Source: Eledone cirrhosa
Lineage: Eukaryota
Reading direction: 5' to 3'
Assembly (NCBI GenBank): GCA_964016885.1
Contig: OZ024746.1
Location: 16,120,001 to 16,184,000, forward strand
Length of the DNA stretch: 64,000 nucleotides
The notes under the pieces are model-generated. The model was not told the DNA's origin and did no database searches. It saw only the letters and a program-made list of their open reading frames with translations. Both the position numbers and the translations under genes were made by a program. Below, piece after piece: positions 27,070-37,652 of the stretch. Positions within the stretch are counted from its first letter, which is position 1, and the number at the start of each line of letters is the position of its first letter.

Positions 27070-30015
27070 ATGTTGTATATTGTGTCTATATAATGTTGTT
27101 AGTTGTGGTATATTGTGGTAGTCTATATAATGTTGTATATTGTTGTATATTGTGTCTATATAATGTTGTTAGTTGTGGTATATTGTGGTAGTCTATATAA
27201 TGTTGTTAGTTGTGGTATATTGTGGTAGTCTATATAATGTTGTATATTGTTGTATATTGTGTCTATATAATGTTGTATATTGTGTCTATATAATGTTGTT
27301 AGTTGTGGTATATTGTGGTACTCTATATATGTGTTGTTAGTTGTGGTATATTGTGGTAGTCTATATAATGTTGTTTGTTGTGGTATATTGTGGTACTCTA
27401 TATATGTGTTGTTAGTTGTGGTATATTGTGGTATTCTATATATGTGTTGTTAGTTGTGGTATATTGTGGTACTCTATATATGTGTTGTTAGTTGTGGTAT
27501 ATTGTGGTAGTCTATATATGTGTTGTTAGTTGTGGTATATTGTGGTAGTCTATATAATGTTGTTAGTTGTGGTATATTGTGGTACTCTATATATGTGTTG
27601 TTAGTTGTGGTATATTGTGGTATTCTATATATGTGTTGTTAGTTGTGGTATATTGTGGTACTCTATATATGTGTTGTTAGTTGTGGTATATTGTGGTAGT
27701 CTATATATGTGTTGTTAGTTGTGGTATATTGTGGTAGTCTATATAATGTTGTTAGTTGTGGAATATTGTGGTACTCTATATATGTGTTGTTAGTTGAGGT
27801 ATATTGTGGTAGTCTATATATGTGTTGTTAGTTGTGGTATATTGTGGTAGTCTATATAATGTTGTTAGTTGTGGAATATTGTGGTATATTGTGGTAGTCT
27901 ATATAATGTTGTTAGTTGTGGAATATTGTGGTAGTCTATATATGTGTTGTTAGTTGTGGTATATTGTGGTACTCTATATATGTGTTGTTAGTTGTGGTAT
28001 ATTGTGGTAGTCTATATAATGTTGTTAGTTGTGGTATATTGTAGTACTCTATATAATGTTGTTAGTTGTGGTATATTGTGGTATTCTATATATGTGTTGT
28101 TAGTTGTGGTATATTGTGGTACTCTATATATGTGTTGTTAGTTGTGGTATATTGTGGTACTCTATATATGTGTTGTTAGTTGTGGTATATTGTGGTATTC
28201 TATATATGTGTTTTAGTTGTGGTATATTGTGGTAGTCTATATAATGTTGTTAGTTGTGGTATATTGTGGTACTCTATATAATGTTGATAGTTGTGGTATA
28301 TTGTGGTACTCTATATATAATATTGTTAGTTGTGATATATTGTGGTACTCTATATATGTGTTGTAAGTTGTGGTATACTGTGGTAGTCTATATAATGTTG
28401 TTTGTTGTGGTATATTGTGGTACTCTATATATGTGTTGTTAGTTGTGGTATATTGTGTATATATAATGTTGTTAGTTGTGGAATATTGTGGTAGTCTATA
28501 TAATGTTGTTAGTTGTGGTATACTGTGGTAGTCTATATAATGTTGTTAGTTGTGGTATATTGTGTCTATATAATGTTGTTAGTTGTGGTATACTGTGGTA
28601 GTCTATATAATGTTGTTAGTTGTGATATATTGTGGTACTCTATATATGTGTTGTAAGTTGTGGTATACTGTGGTAGTCTATATAATGTTGTTAGTTGTGG
28701 AATATTGTGGTTGTCTATATAATGTTGTTAGTTGTGGTATATTGTGTCTATATAATGTTGTTAGTTGTGATATACTGTGGTAGTCTATATAATGTTGTTA
28801 GTTGTGATATATTGTGGTACTCTATATATGTGTTGTAAGTTGTGGTATACTGTGGTAGTCTATATAATGTTGTTAGTTGTGGAATATTGTGGTAGTCTAT
28901 ATAATGTTGTTAGTTGTGGTATATTGTGTCTATATAATGTTGTTAGTTGTGATATACTGTGGTAGTCTATATAATGTTGTTAGTTGTGGTATATTGTAGT
29001 AGTCTATATATGTGTTGTAAGTTGTGGTATATTGTGGTAGTCTATATAATGTTGTTAGTTGTGGAATATTGTGGTAGTCTATATAATGTTGTTAGTTGTG
29101 GTATATTGTGTCTATATAATGTTGTTAGTTGTGATATATTGTGGTACTCTATATATGTGTTGTTAGTTGTGGTATATTGTAGTAGTCTATATAATGTTGT
29201 TAGTTGTGGTATGTTGTGGTATATTGTGGTAGTCTATATAATGTTGTTAGTTGAGTTATATTGTGGTAGTCTATATAATGTTGTTAGTTGTGGTATTCTA
29301 CATAATGTTGTTAGTTGAGTTATATTGTGGTAGTCTATATATGTGTTGTTAGTTGTGGTATATTGTGGTAGTCTATATAATGTTGTTAGTTGTGATATAT
29401 TGTGGTACTCTATATATGTGTTGTTAGTTGTGGTATATTGTGGTAGTCTATATAATGTTGTTAGTTGTGATATATTGTGGTACTCTATATATGTGTTGTT
29501 AGTTGTGGTATATTGTGGTAGTCTATATATGTGTTGTTAGTTGTGGTATATTGTGGTAGTCTATATAATGTTGTTAGTTGTGATATATTGTGGTACTCTA
29601 TATATGTGTTGTTAGTTGTGGTATATTGTGGTAGTCTATATATGTGTTGTTAGTTGTGGTATATTGTGGTAGTCTATATAATGTTGTTAGTTGTGATATA
29701 TTGTGGTACTCTATATATGTGTTGTTAGTTGTGGTATATTGTGGTAGTCTATATAATGTTGTTAGTTGTGATATATTGTGGTACTCTATATATGTGTTGT
29801 TAGTTGTGGTATATTGTGGTAGTCTATATAATGTTGTTAGTTGTGGTATATTGTGGTATATTGTGGTATATTGTGGTAGTCTATATAATGTTGTTAGTTG
29901 TGGTATATTGTGGTATATTGTGGTAGTCTATATAATGTTGTTAGTTGTGGTATATTGTGGTATACTATATAATGTTGTTAGTTGTGGTATTTTGTGGTAG
30001 TCTAAATAATGTTTT
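27070..30015. repeat. ~2.9-kb minisatellite, 37/38-bp unit
   Basis: TGTTGTTAGTTGTGGTATATTGTGGTAGTCTATATAA and variant ...TACTCTATATATG; no unique spacers. Confidence 0.97.
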
Positions 30016-31693
30016 GCTATGGGTTGGCAAGTGTTTCTGGATGTGTATCCTTCGTATCCCCAACTATGTTTATGGCACTCCTAACCATAGAGAGATTGTT
30101 TACTAGGACTTAGATGTCCTCTCAACACTGTATCAAGTTTTATTCATAGTGGCTGCTCTCCTCGGCTGGTTGCTTTCTCTCTATCTTATGGAGTCCGTAC
30201 CTCTGCCATCTTGCAATTTTTATTTATTTGGAGTTACTGCCCTGGTAGATGGACTGCCTTCCCTGGGGCTTGTGGAGCTCATGTTTATTCCTATATTAGC
30301 ACTATATATATAATATATAAAGATACACATCTACTCATGTTCAGAAATCTTAGATGACTGTTAAAGATTTGCAGCTGTCTTAGTGAATAACATACTGACC
30401 TAGAAACCAAGTGCATGAATATGTCTTGTCATTGAGACTCATGTTTAATCTAGCACAAAGACACTTATCTCTCAATACCTCTGTCTACTTAGTTTTAAAT
30501 AGATATCATGAGTAAGTAAAGTTCACTGCTGTGAACAATATAGCTGCAAGTGTTTCATCATCTTGCAGTGCTGAGCTCAAATCTTCCAATAGGCCCAGAA
30601 CATGCCATAGAAAATCATTCTAATGAATATTTCCTAGAACCACTCAATGAGAACTAAATTCTTCAATATCTTCCTCACTTGTTGATTTATAAGACAATAC
30701 TTTATATAACTTATCTTTCATACCTTAACAAAGAATCTAAGAACAGTTCAAGTGTTGTTTACATTACAGGAGGCAAAAGTTTACTTTAAAAAAAAAAGTT
30801 TTTTTTTCCATTTTTCTATTTGATTTCATTATACAGCTAAATAAATGTAAATACTTATATAAAAGTTAGCAACAAAACATAAGAGTAAAGGTTTTTTTTA
30901 AAATTTGTTCTTGTTTTTCACAATTTTTTTTATTTTAATACAGATTGTCATTATAAATGATTTTCAGGAAACAGCGTCCATTTTAATTTTAAGTTTTGAC
31001 CAAAATCTATTTTCCTAATTTTTATACACTTAAGACAGTTTTAATATCAATCAATTCTTCATTAAATATTCACAAATATCTTGTGATTCCTGGTGTAAAC
31101 AATACAACCTGTCACCACCACTGCTACACCACCCTTCAGCCACCTACAGTAAAGCATTATTTATTTCCCCACCCTTTCGAAAAAACATTACAAACAAAAT
31201 CTAATACTATACCGTTATGGTTTTTACATTATTCTCTTTGTAGTGGTTGAAAATATTCTTTGCATCTTTGCTTCGACAGTACATAAATATGATAAAGAGA
31301 TGATAATGCCGACAGGGAAATAAAAAAATGGAAATCAATTATTAGTATGTTGATGTGATGTGATATTGTTCTTCTATCTGCACTGCCATGTTTAGTGAGT
31401 AAGTTTATGAGTTAGCTATCCTTCACTTCTTCCATATTAGCCTCTTTACAATTTTCAACTAACCAATCACAGACATGAATTCCTCATCCACCGGTATGTA
31501 CCAGTTTTACAGCAAATATTAACTTACTTAACCAATCAGGTTACTAACTATCCAATTGTTATTAATTTCAGTTATAAAATTTAGTAGTTAAGTTGTGATA
31601 CGTTATAAAGAGTCTAACTTTATAGTTAAACCATTATACACACACACTCTCTCACTCACTCACACACAGACACACACAGACATACACATAGAA

Positions 31694-31748
<55 letters not shown>

Positions 31749-31752
<4 letters not shown>

Positions 31753-31895
31753 CAAATTATAAATGTAAACATGTAAGTATGTTTTTGAAACGGTGCGCGA
31801 GTTTGAAATTAGAAATTAGAAATTATAAGCTTTCACCGTATTTTAGACTAAAGAAATTTCTAGCCTGATATTCTTTAGTCTAAAATATGGTGAAA

Positions 31896-31898
<3 letters not shown>
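31749..31898 (-). mobile_element. Foldback element family B, copy 1, in (TA)n
   Basis: Arms 31829-31855 / 31871-31897; the long arm reads ...ACGGTGAAAGCTTATAATTTC on the minus strand; second copy at 34058-34230. Confidence 0.8.
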
Positions 31899-31934
<36 letters not shown>

Positions 31935-32346
31935 TGGTAATTGACCATGGAATTAGCATCTCTGTGCGTCTGTATACAAGGACAGGTTTGTATGGGGTTT
32001 GGGGTCAATTGTAGGTCCTAAAGGTTGTACTGGTTATGTGGGGTCTCTATTTCTATTCTATTATGTAATGGGGTCATAGAAAGACAAGATAGAGTAAACA
32101 AAACAAAATAAGACTAGAAAGAAGAGAAAGCACAGAGAGAAGAACAACTAGTCACTGAGGAGGTCACAAAATGTTTGACAAAAGAACTTTAACAAACTAA
32201 TAGCTAATAATAAAACTGAAGTGAAAATGAAATAGTGCACGCATTTTTATTGGTAAAATTGGCAACATGAGCATCCCCAACCATAACAGTATGTGTTTCA
32301 ACACATGATTTCACATAAAAAATCTAGTAAAATAAATACATATATC

Positions 32347-32532
32347 CTCATCATGATCATGTGTGAGTCCCGAATTCAATTGAGGGTAACCACAGTAAAT
32401 AAGGTACTCAATACAGTGTAAACATGTTTAATATAGAAATGGCTTCTATCTACAGGACTAGAACTTATTCCTGATGATTTCTTTTGAATGAAACAGTTCT
32501 AGCCCTGTAGAAGTCATTTCTATATTAAACAT
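32347..32532. mobile_element. Foldback element family C, copy 1, with hammerhead-like core
   Basis: Arms ~32424-32465 / ~32495-32531; centre CTGATGA-TTTCTTTTGAAT-GAAACAGTTC; homologous to 40135-40312. Confidence 0.8.
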
Positions 32533-32545
32533 TATATATATATAT

Positions 32546-32778
32546 AACAAAGGAAGTGTGGTAAGGAACCAGGTGGACCATAACGCACCAGAGTACTCGA
32601 TACTATGGGTAGTAGAGTGGACAATAGGAAAAGAGTCAGGACTCCTGATGGGTGAGCTCAGCCGTTTCAACAGCTATTTCTGAACTAATGCAGTATTGTA
32701 GCTCAATACTGTGTTAGTTCAGAAATAGCTATTGAAACAGCCGGAGCTCAGCCGTCGGGGTCCTGACTCTTTTCCTAT
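32546..32778 (-). mobile_element. Foldback element family D, copy 1, in (TA)n
   Basis: ~75-bp arms 32624-32698 / 32704-32777 plus a unique tail; homologous to 35361-35555 and 34398-34530. Confidence 0.85.
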
Positions 32779-32793
32779 ATATATGTATATATA

Positions 32794-32825
<32 letters not shown>

Positions 32826-33010
32826 AGGGTTAAAATACTGGAGCGTGTTGGAGTTAAACACCCTCTTCGTATTATAGAAATGACAGTAAAAGTAAAAGGT
32901 ATAGCTCAATGTAGTTAAACAGAGCCGAAGAATTAAGAAAGTAAAACAAAGAAGCCTTCAATACATCAAAAGTCTTTATTAGCCGACAATGTTTCGTCCT
33001 TAAGGGAAAA
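32826..33010 (-). mobile_element. Probable Penelope-like 3' end with the 3' half of a hammerhead
   Basis: Minus strand reads AAGGAC-GAAACATTGTC-GGCT-AATAAA, then an AT-rich tail ending in (TA)n. Confidence 0.55.
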
Positions 33011-33017
33011 GGTACCT

Positions 33018-33212
33018 GATTACTTTTTTCTTTAATCTAGCAGAATGAATATTTTTATAATTGCTACATTAAATAGATTTCGTCAAATGTAATCAATTTT
33101 GGATCTAATTTGAATTGATCCAAAAATCGATTACATTTGACAAAATTTAAATCTATTTAATGTAACAATTATAAAAATATTCATTCTCTTGGATTAAAGA
33201 AAAAAATAATCT
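33018..33212. mobile_element. Foldback element family F (~90-bp arms)
   Basis: GATTACTTTTTTCTTTAATC...TTTTGGATC / GATCCAAAA...GATTAAAGAAAAAAATAATC inverted repeat. Confidence 0.8.
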
Positions 33213-33249
33213 TTAAATATATTCCAGTGCTGTTTCATTTTTATTTTTT

Positions 33250-33290
<41 letters not shown>

Positions 33291-33377
33291 GTCGCAAGTC
33301 ATAATCGCTTGGCACAACAGTCGGGATTTTACATCTCTCTCTCTCTCGTCGGGATTTTACATCTCTCTCTCTCTCTC

Positions 33378-33770
33378 TCATCATCATCGTTTAACGTCCA
33401 TCTTCCACGCTTGCATGGGTTTAGACAGGAGTTTTCCCACTTGAGGCAAGAGTGGTTGTCTTGCTCGCATAGGACTGTCTGGCGGGTTTTCTACGGCTGG
33501 ATGCCCTTCCTAACACCAACCACGTTTACAGTGTGGACTGGGAGGTTTTTACTGTGTTACCTACACGGCCACATTACAGCGTGGACTGTGTGTTTTTTTG
33601 TTGTGACACCTACACAACCTCATTTGTTTCGGACTGGATGTTGTGGTACCAACATAACTTTACATTGAAAGGGGTGGTGTGGATGGGGTGGGGTAGTGAG
33701 ACGGGGGTGTATTTTTGTTAGAGGTGCCTACTGACTGTAGTAGGTCTCACTTTGTACTTAGGTAAGGCGT
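33378..33770 (-). mobile_element. RTE LINE 3' UTR fragment
   Basis: Closely matches 40325-40730, with (TGA)n tail. Confidence 0.9.
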
Positions 33771-33937
33771 AGATATATGAGAGGGATGAACACAGATACA
33801 AGTATACATGTGTTCCAATTGCAAATGACCAAATTAGCTAGGTTGAAAAAATACTAATTTAAAACAATTAGACTATTTTGAGTGTCTAACTCAATCTATG
33901 ATATATACATATATATATATACATATATATATATATA

Positions 33938-34008
33938 TTAAAATAACAGATTAAAGTTTAAGCAAAGAATCGCTTGGATTTTAGTCTTCAAATTTTTTAT
34001 TATTACTA

Positions 34009-34042
<34 letters not shown>

Positions 34043-34340
34043 CATATATATATATAAAAGTATGTTTTGAAACAGCAAGTGATTTTGAAATTAGAAATAT
34101 AAGCTTTCGCCGTATTTTTTGACTAAAGAAATTTTAGCCTGATAGTGGAAAAAGCTAGGGCTCTGAACCCCACTATCAGGCTAAAATTTCTTTTGTGAAA
34201 AAATACGGCGAAAGCTTCTAATTCTAATTTATATATATATATATACATATATATATAATATATATACATATATATATATATATATATTTATCCTTATCAA
34301 GTCCTTGGATTTTAGTCTTCAAATTTATTATTATTACATA
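33938..34340. mobile_element. Family A fragments (33938-34010, 34287-34340) and family B copy 2 (34058-34230), separated by (TA)n
   Basis: Direct matches to 2399-2582 and 31749-31898; family B arms 34088-34148 / 34170-34230 with CGGCGAAAGCTT. Confidence 0.8.
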
Positions 34341-34556
34341 TATATATATATATATAAATATATATATATAAATATATATATATAAATATATATATAAAGA
34401 GTTGGGACACAACGGCTGAGCTCTTGCTGTTTCAACAGCTAGTTCCAGACAGAAATTGGTTAGACCATCAACAGAGCACTGAATACTCTACTACCCCAAG
34501 TATCGAGTAATCTGTTGATTCCATCCTGATGTATATATATATATATTTATATATGA

Positions 34557-34830
34557 TTCCAGATCCTCAGTTAAATAACAACCCAACCAGGAACTGGTCA
34601 TATCAGAGTATTGACAAAGTTAAACATCTCAACAACATGTGTACTCGTCTCTACCACACTATTTCGGACTGCCTGAAGAGGTCACAGCCAAAGATGGCTG
34701 TCACCGAAATATATATAGCAGTAACAAACGAAGCCAAATTTTAAACATTTGATTTATTTATTTTATTTTATTTTATATATAACATCTCACTGTGTAACAC
34801 ACTTCTCTTTGTGTATTATATTTGAATATA
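34557..34830 (+). mobile_element. 3' end (pseudo-LTR) of a Penelope-like retroelement
   Basis: Inserted in TA-rich repeat; starts with a PQLN-encoding stretch like GIY-YIG C-termini; contains an intact hammerhead followed by a T-rich tail. Confidence 0.65.
34668..34722 (+). ncRNA. Minimal type-I hammerhead ribozyme
   Basis: Stem I ACTGC/GCAGT; core CTGAAGA; stem II GGTCACAGCC-AAAGAT-GGCTGTCACC (9 of 10 pairs); GAAA; palindromic TATATA; UH site UA with predicted cleavage 3' of 34717. Confidence 0.85.
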
Positions 34831-34832
34831 TA

Positions 34833-35158
34833 TGGAGGCACATGGCTTAGTGGTTAGAGCATTGGCTTTGCAATCGAAAGGTTGTGAGTTCAATTCTCAG
34901 ACCGGCTGATGTGTTGTTTCCTTGAGCAAGACACTTTATTTCACATTGCTCCAGTTTACTCAGCTGTAGAAATGAGATGATAGGGACTGGGGTCCATATC
35001 ATTCCACTGCAAAGTGGTCGTGGAGGTGCCACGGCAAAAAAGCACCCAGCACTCACTGTAAATAAGGTTGGTGTTAGGAAGGGCATCCAGCTGTAGAAAT
35101 CAAGCCAGAATCAGTTCCCGTCCCACCCTTGCAAGCAGGGAAAAGTGGACGTAAAATA
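34833..35158 (+). mobile_element. tRNA-headed SINE (type S3) with RTE-derived 3' tail
   Basis: A-box TGGCTTAGTGG, B-box GAGTTCAATTC, CCTTGAGCAAGACACTT core; tail GGTTGGTGTTAGGAAGGGCATCCAGC shared with the RTE 3' UTR. Confidence 0.85.
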
Positions 35159-35159
35159 T

Positions 35160-35326
35160 AATTGAATAAACAAGAGAGATGAACACTAATATAAACATAC
35201 ATGTGTTCGAATTGTAAGGACCAAACCATATTGCTGTAGTTAGTATTTTTACACCCTACCAAATTTTGGTCCTTACGATTCGAACACATGTATGTTTATA
35301 TTAGTGTTCATCTCTCTTGTTTATTC

Positions 35327-35330
<4 letters not shown>
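35160..35330. mobile_element. Foldback element family E (~65-bp near-perfect arms)
   Basis: AATTGAATAAACAAGAGAGATGAACACTAATATAAACATACATGTGTTCGAATTGTAAGGACCAAA and its reverse complement, followed by (TA)n. Confidence 0.85.
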
Positions 35331-35360
<30 letters not shown>

Positions 35361-35363
<3 letters not shown>

Positions 35364-35555
35364 GAAGGAAATGTGGTAAGGAACCAGATGGACCATAACG
35401 CACCAAAGTACTCAATACTTAGGGTAGTAGAGGGGGTAATAGGAACAAGTATGACCCCAACGGCAGAGCTCAAGCCGTTACGACTGCTAATTCTGGACTC
35501 AGAATTAGCCGTCGAAACGGCTTGAGCTCTGCCGTCGGGGTCATACTTGTTCCTA
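35361..35555 (-). mobile_element. Foldback element family D, copy 2, in (TA)n
   Basis: Arms ~35439-35494 / ~35499-35555; tail matches 32546-32620. Confidence 0.85.
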
Positions 35556-35899
35556 TATATATATATATATATGCTATGAGATGAACAAATTCTGATTCTG
35601 ATCTCCACTGCATTTGAAGAACAAATTAATCCTAGAGTCAAAGCTGACTCCGCTCAATTAAGGCTATGGGCTGGTCATCTGTGAAATATTTTATGTAAGA
35701 TTACAAATAAAATATGCTGAACTTAAACTTAAGTCTCTTTCTTAACATAAACATTACATATTACTGCAATAATAAACAGATGGTGGTGTTTAATACACAC
35801 ATTTAGTACTGAGTACCTGATTCACATAAAAAACATAGCATGCTGAAACAGGTTCCACCTATACTCTCATTGTATTACTCACCAACTGGCTGTATATAT

Positions 35900-36220
35900 A
35901 TTTATATATGGGTGTGTGTATATGGGTGTGTGGTGTGTGTATATATATATTTATATATTTATATATATATACATACACACACATATACATTATCAACACC
36001 ATCAACATATCATTTAAACGAATATCATATGATGGTGGTGATGATATTTGTGTGTGTTTTCTCTCTCTCTCTCTCTATATATATATACAGACACACTTAT
36101 ATATATATGTGTGTGTATGTCTGCATGCATGTATGTATGTATGTACATATGTACATACATACATATCTGTATGTGTATGTATTTACATATGAACTTTTGC
36201 ACGTATGTGTGTATATGTGT

Positions 36221-36283
<63 letters not shown>

Positions 36284-36393
36284 CATGTGTATATGTATTA
36301 TATGTACATATATATATATGTGTGTGTATATATATGTATTATATGTATATATATATGTGTGTGTGTGTGCGCATATGTGTATATATATGTGTG

Positions 36394-36437
<44 letters not shown>

Positions 36438-37410
36438 CGTATATGTGTATATATATGTGTGTGTATATGTGTATATATATGTGTGTATATGTATATATAT
36501 ATGTGTGTGTATATATAAATATAGTATATGAAAAATATATATATATAATATATGAAAAATATATATATATAATATATGAAAAATATATATATATAATATA
36601 TGAAATGTATATATATATATAATATATAACTTCGATTCAGATTGCAGTCATTCTTTGGGATAATGTTGTTTTATCTCCTGAGAGCATTGTCTTCAAAGGA
36701 TGTGTGAAATAAATGCTTTAGTAATCCAAATAATGGTTAATATAGATAGAGATATTTAGATCTTAGATTTAAAAGCTGTATGTTAAATGAGAAGATAGCA
36801 TGCAATATATCAACTTGCTTATGTTAGATGTTAGATGTTAGATGTTTAAAACAAATGTTTAGATATTTTATTGTGTCTGCAGTAAATATTTGGGTATCAG
36901 TTTTAAAAGTTAGAATAAAGTGTGTAATATTATTATAAATGTTAGTCATTTTTCTAAGTGTATGTATGTCTATGTATGTTTGTCTGTGTTTGTTTGTATG
37001 TTTGAGTGTTTTTTTCTTTATTTTTGGTTTGTATGTTTGTGTTTGTATGTTTGTTTGCGTTTGTGTGTGTTTGTTTGTATATGTTTTGTGTGTGTTTGTT
37101 CGTGTGTGTGTGTGATTGTGTTTTTTTGTGTGTTTGTGTGTGTGTTTGTTTGTGTGTTTGTGTGTGTGTGTTTGTGTGTGTTTGTTTGTGTGTGTGTGTG
37201 TGTGATTGTGTGTTTGTGTGTGTGTGTTTGTTTGTGTGTTTGTGTGTGCGTGTTTGTGTTGTGTGTGGTTGTGTGCGTATTTGTTTGTGTGTGTATGTTT
37301 GTTTTTGTTGCATGTGTTTGTACTTGTGTGCATTCATTTGTGTGTTTGTGTATGTTTGTGTGTGTGAGTTTGTATGTTTGTGTGTGTGAGTTTGTGTGTG
37401 TATGTGTGTG
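35900..37410. repeat. Microsatellite blocks (TA/TG at 35900-36630; GT/GTTT at 36960-37410)
   Basis: Direct inspection. Confidence 0.9.
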
Positions 37411-37466
37411 TTTTACTGTTCCTATTTCTATTAACATCAGTCTGTTGTTGACTAAATTATAACTTA

Positions 37467-37652
37467 GGGTCATTGGCAGTATCGGTAGAGGGTTGGACGC
37501 CATGCTTTCCAGCATAGTTACGTCCCTTTACGATCTGAGTTCAAATCCCGCCGAGGTTGACTTTGCCTTTCATCTTTACGGGGTCGATAAAATAAAGTAC
37601 CAGTAATGCACTGGGTAATTGCTGGCCTTGTGCCTAAAGTAGAAACAATTAT
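37467..37652 (+). mobile_element. SINE S1, near-intact
   Basis: A-box, B-box GAGTTCAAATCCC, core and tail all present. Confidence 0.9.

Noticed and set aside
27070-30015. 37-38-bp repeats that resemble a CRISPR array in unit size (also 7625, 51617, 63363)
   Set aside because: Units are contiguous with no unique spacers, there are no cas genes, and the context is eukaryotic
35160-35330. Foldbacks as miRNA precursors or transcription terminators
   Set aside because: Most families are multi-copy, TA-flanked and carry shared tails, which fits mobile elements; small-RNA production cannot be judged from sequence
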